Shown piece after piece: positions 59,250 through 64,000 of a stretch of 64,000 bases of DNA. Location: NCBI RefSeq assembly GCF_009914755.1, contig NC_060929.1; one strand, written 5' to 3'. Source of the stretch: the human T2T-CHM13v2.0 reference genome, Homo sapiens. Position 1 is the first letter of the stretch, and the number at the start of each line of letters is the position of its first letter. The position numbers and the translations under genes were made by a program. The notes beneath the pieces were generated by a model, which ran no database searches, had not been told where the DNA came from, and worked only from the letters and a program-made list of their open reading frames with translations.

Positions 59250-59621
59250 GTATTCAGCTAGTGTTCCACCACAGAAACAGAACCTGTAGGAAACATATAT
59301 CAAGATGTTGGAGGCTAAGCAGTCTGAAATCCACAGGGCAGCTATCAGGAAGGGCAGGGTGGAACTTTCAGACACCAAGTGAAGCTGCCTCTCAGAAGTA
59401 GAATTTCTTCTTTTTCAGGGAAGCCTCAGCTCTACTCAAGGCTATCCAAATGATTGAAGCAGATCCACCCAGATTATATGGAATAATCTTCCTTATGAAG
59501 GTCAACTAATCATAGTTTAATCACGTATACAAAGTATTTTCATAGCTACGACTATGTTAGTGTTTGACTGAGTAACAGGACTATAGCCTAGCCATGTTGA
59601 TATATAAAGCTGGCCCTCACA
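59250..59621 (-). mobile_element. MLT2 (ERVL) solo LTR
   Basis: CAGAAACAGAACC..TAGG...CCACCCAGATTAT...TAGCCTAGCCATGTTGA...TCACA. Confidence 0.75.
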
Positions 59622-61539
59622 CCCTGAAAGAATCATAAACTCTCAGGCTGTAGCAACACAGAAGCAGTCTTGCAAAGTTTGTTTGGATAAAATCAAGTGA
59701 GAAAAAATAATTGTGAAAACCCTCTTGGCAGTGTCTTTCTGAAGAAGTACTTTGTGTTTAATATAGTCTCTTCAAGTATAGCACTAATCTATCTTAAATA
59801 TCCAAATGATTGTTATTAAATGTCTCAGGGTCTCCAGGGATTTATGACTGAATTGGACATTTTCTCTGTAGAATCTCCATAGACATTCTGATTTCTCAGG
59901 AGATCTTTGGTGAACTGACTGAATATCCTTGGATAAATATCAAAAGATGAAAAAATTCCCCTTCAGAGAAATCACAGTAACAACTATTACCATGGCCGCA
60001 GAGATGTTTGCATTTGCCAAATTTCCAGGACATACACCAGAAATATCTCTCATGCCACATGGTACATGTACTAATAACACTGGGACACCTGTGCTAAAAA
60101 CTAGTTGGTGACAGTGTGACACTGGCCCATGTAAAGATGATCTGACACCCTGAGAGCTCACTAGCGAGATTTCTAAAGCAACATCTTACTATGTCATATC
60201 TTTACCCTTGAGGTTCTTTATGCCAGTTTACAAGTTTAACTTGCATTCCTAAGACAATGGATTTATCTGGGAAGGTTATGTGGTCCAGCAATCATAAATA
60301 TTTTTAAAAGGAAATAAGAATGGCTGGGCTGTGTTATATGATCACTGTTTAATAGGATGTTAGCTGTGCAGGTTCTTGGCTGTTGCATTGTTTTGTTGGT
60401 TATAGTAACTAAATCCGGGGAACAGGCTGCTGAGGAATAAAATTACATGGGGGATAAGAACAGAGTTGACATTGCACAGCTAGTCTTGAAAATCTCTCAT
60501 GGGTATGGAGAACCAAAACATTTGGGAAAAAAAAATAGAAGGACTTACAAGAATTACAAATCGCCTGTGAGAAATGTGAGCAGAGAATACAGTCCATTGT
60601 TATAGACTCCTCTTTTGCCTTTAGCTGGCTTTTGTGTGTTACAAAAACTCAGTTGGTGGTAACGTGAATCAGTTCATTATCATGGTTTGTTTTCCCTCCC
60701 TGCCATTTTTTGAGGGGATGAGGATTATGCCTTTGAAAATTCCCATATTTCATTCCTGGCTTTTTTGGTAGCTTTGTTTATATTACAAATGTTAGAGGTA
60801 TAAAAAACTGCTGCCCATGCAGAATAAAAAGATATTTGGTGCCAATCACCTTGACTCATTGTCAATCTATATTCATAGCTGAGTTGTTTGTGGGATTTCA
60901 AATTGTACTGACATTCTAAATATCTTCCTGCATTACCTTTTAAAATAACTACAGCTGTGAAGTTAAGGAAATAACAGAAGTTCTAAATTTAAAGTTGGAC
61001 CTAACATCGTACTTTTAATTGTATTATCCCTTCAGGTAGGCATTATAAGAAACTACACATTTATGTGATAAAGTTGTTATCATATTCCTGGAAATTTACT
61101 TGTTTGAATTCTCTTCAGAGCCTGCATTAAAATTTTCTGCATATTTTTCAAGAGAGAAATGAAATATGTATAAAATTTGGAGTCAAGTTTTAAGCATAGT
61201 TACCAAGTAAATAATTCCACCTCTAATCAATAAATAATTCTGAAATAATATGAAGTTGAAGCCATACATGGATATAGATTACTTAACAAATCTTAAAATA
61301 ATTTTTAAAGATGATTTTCCAAAAGGTTCCTTGACCTGTGACACACATATATATTTTTGCAAAGGCACACCACCAACTTGGATATCTGTCATTGGATATG
61401 TTCATTTTAGAAATTGACTTCATATGTGTAAAACTTTTGTTAGGTATGGTAAATTGCTTATATGTAATTTAAAGTTACCAATATATTATCATTTTACTAG
61501 GGAGTCTGATAAGATAAATTATTGATAGAAAGTTTTCAT

Positions 61540-61930
61540 GTTCACCCATATCCAGTTTTTCCCTCCTTCTAGAGACATGGCTGGATTTCAATTTTCCACC
61601 TGCTTGTAATTAGGCAGGGCCATGTGACTAGTTCTGACCAAGAGGTGATGAGGGAAGGTGATGTATGTAACTTCCTGGCTGAGACAGTATAAAGCCCTTG
61701 TGTAATTTCAGCCTCTGTTCTGCTGCTGCAACCAAGATGACCACATGTTCTACAAGATGCAGCTAAAAAGTTGTGAAACGTACATCAACTCTGACTGACT
61801 ATGAAGCACCAAGCCCTATCCATTCTGCTCTTGATATGTCAGTTTAACAACAAATGGCTTTGTTGTGCTTAAGTATCATGTCTTTGTGATTGTTGTTAGC
61901 ACAGTAAAATGATGGAATCAGACAAATACT
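61540..61930 (+). mobile_element. Old MLT1 (H-J-like) LTR
   Basis: TTAGGCAGGGCCATGTGACTAGTTCTGACC...CTTTGTTGTGCTTAAG. Confidence 0.6.
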
Positions 61931-62991
61931 GTACATTTTATATATTTTCTTACTTTAGAATTTAAAGAATGTTGAGTGTCATTTCATTTTATGGTAAGAC
62001 CTAATTAACATATTATTTCCATCCTGCGTGGTCCCTCTTTCACTACTAGTCACTAGTTATCAAGTAGAACACAGGCAGATAACAAAAGTACTGGGGTGAC
62101 TATTCAAAGGGACTTATCATTATGGTTGCATAGGGAAAGCAATCTTCAAGAATCCCTAAAATATATAAAATTCTCTATTCTACTTGGCTGATGCAGAATT
62201 AGATTATTCTTTAAGAGTCTTTCTAATAAGGAATTGGCTTTCCAAACTTTAGCTTAAATTTAATATTTAGGCAATATCTTATCTCATAGAAGATAATGTC
62301 AAATACTGAAAACAATTTTTACTAACACATAAAAGAAAGAATATCACCGTGCTGAGATAAGAACCCTGTCAACATGGAGAGAAGAGATAACTTTTGATGG
62401 GAGGTATCATTTAGCAAAGATCTTGAATATATTCCAGTCCTGTTCCAGATGGGCATTCCTCTGTGGAAACTGACACTCTGCAAACAAGATGTGTCATAAG
62501 AAATCAATTCTTTGCAGAAGAAAAGGGGCCTAAAAAGGAACTAAAAAAGCAAGAGATATAAGGGAAGGAGCCCATATGCATCTATTTCATATTTCATATT
62601 TTTTTGAGATTCGGGTCACTATTCATACTGACTTTGATTCTGTTCTTCTGTTTTTATCTCTAGCCTCCTAGACTACTTACCAAGCATTCTTAAGAAGCAC
62701 TTATAAGTTTAATTTAGTGATGATGCTAATGAAGATTCATCATACAAGCTAATAATTACAGCCACACTTTTAAATCCCTTTTTGGAGATTTTGTTTTCCA
62801 ATTCATCTCATGCTAGTCACAACTTGAAAATGACCAGATTAGGAACACGTTGAACCTAATAAAATTTGGGAATAATTTCCATTATTTCTTCAGTGGTCAT
62901 GCTAACCTTCTTCCTCTAGTTGGAGAGAGGTATTAGATTTTATGAGATTGTCTTAATTTATTGAAAGTGTTTTCTTAAAAACCAAATTGCA

Positions 62992-63339
<348 letters not shown>

Positions 63340-64000
63340 TTATTGAATATGTTGTCATAAAATACATTCATAAGACAGTCTGGAAAAGTACTGCTGCTAT
63401 TTTTTGAAGCACACTCTTTGATCAAAAGTAAAACTTTCATTGTCTTAGTGGGGCTGTTTTTATTTTAAAAGAAATGACCTTCATACATTGCAACCATTGG
63501 TTATAGAAATGAAGCAATTAAAGTAATACTAAAGCAGCAACATTAAAATAATTAGTAACACTAAAACATGAACATTAATATAATTAGTCACAATAGTGAG
63601 AATGAGTCAAAGACTTCAGCAAAAGGCACATACCCAGTGAATATTTTATTACTTAAAGTAAACACGTAGGTTTGTTCAAATAAATAAAAGTGAATTCCTG
63701 GATATCATAGAGAGACTTGAGTATCATTTTTGGGAAACTCAGACTAAGTTATAATGCCTTTGGCTGTCTAAACATAATGAGAGGATAGCATTCGGAACTC
63801 AGTCATGCCAGAAACAAAGTGAGACAGAAAATAAAGCAATTACCAGTACTTTTATTTTCAGTTATAGCTTCAGGGTCATCTTCGGGAAATCTGTAGCGTC
63901 ATGCACGAGAAGGTTGTGCAGTATTCATATGTAATCCATTCAAAAGCTCCTTGAAAGGTTCTAATTTGTTTCAAAGTCCCTGAACACTATTGTCAAACTC

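Noticed and set aside
59900-60061. Possible plus-strand exon (also acceptor-like sites near 20954 and 21393)
   Set aside because: Weak or missing donors and no consistent reading frame; expected by chance.

Overview
Human genomic DNA: AT-rich, repeat-dense, intronic or intergenic in character. I could not recognise any host protein-coding exon. The dominant feature is a full-length human-specific L1 (47810-53858, + strand) with pre-Ta diagnostics (ACG and A in the 3'UTR), intact ORF1 (338 aa), ORF2 (1275 aa) and antisense ORF0 (71 aa), and a perfect 13-bp TSD. An LTR12 solo LTR lies about 1.8 kb upstream and points the same way as the L1 antisense promoter. The rest is a layered fossil record of Alus, MaLR/ERVL LTRs, old L1M/L1P, L2, MIR and DNA transposons, many with readable TSDs. 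The less ordinary observations are a 138-bp tandem duplication whose units each carry a 45-nt exon-like cassette, a CpG-retaining patch containing a minus-strand exon-like segment, a ~100-bp insert in an old L1 that matches unique sequence 3.7 kb away, a twin-primed L1 joining the extreme 5' end to the 3' end, a tail-less Alu, a half MER85 and a tandem double ARE. I found no convincing wholly new biological system. All subfamily names and amino-acid comparisons come from recalled consensus sequences and need RepeatMasker or alignment confirmation.
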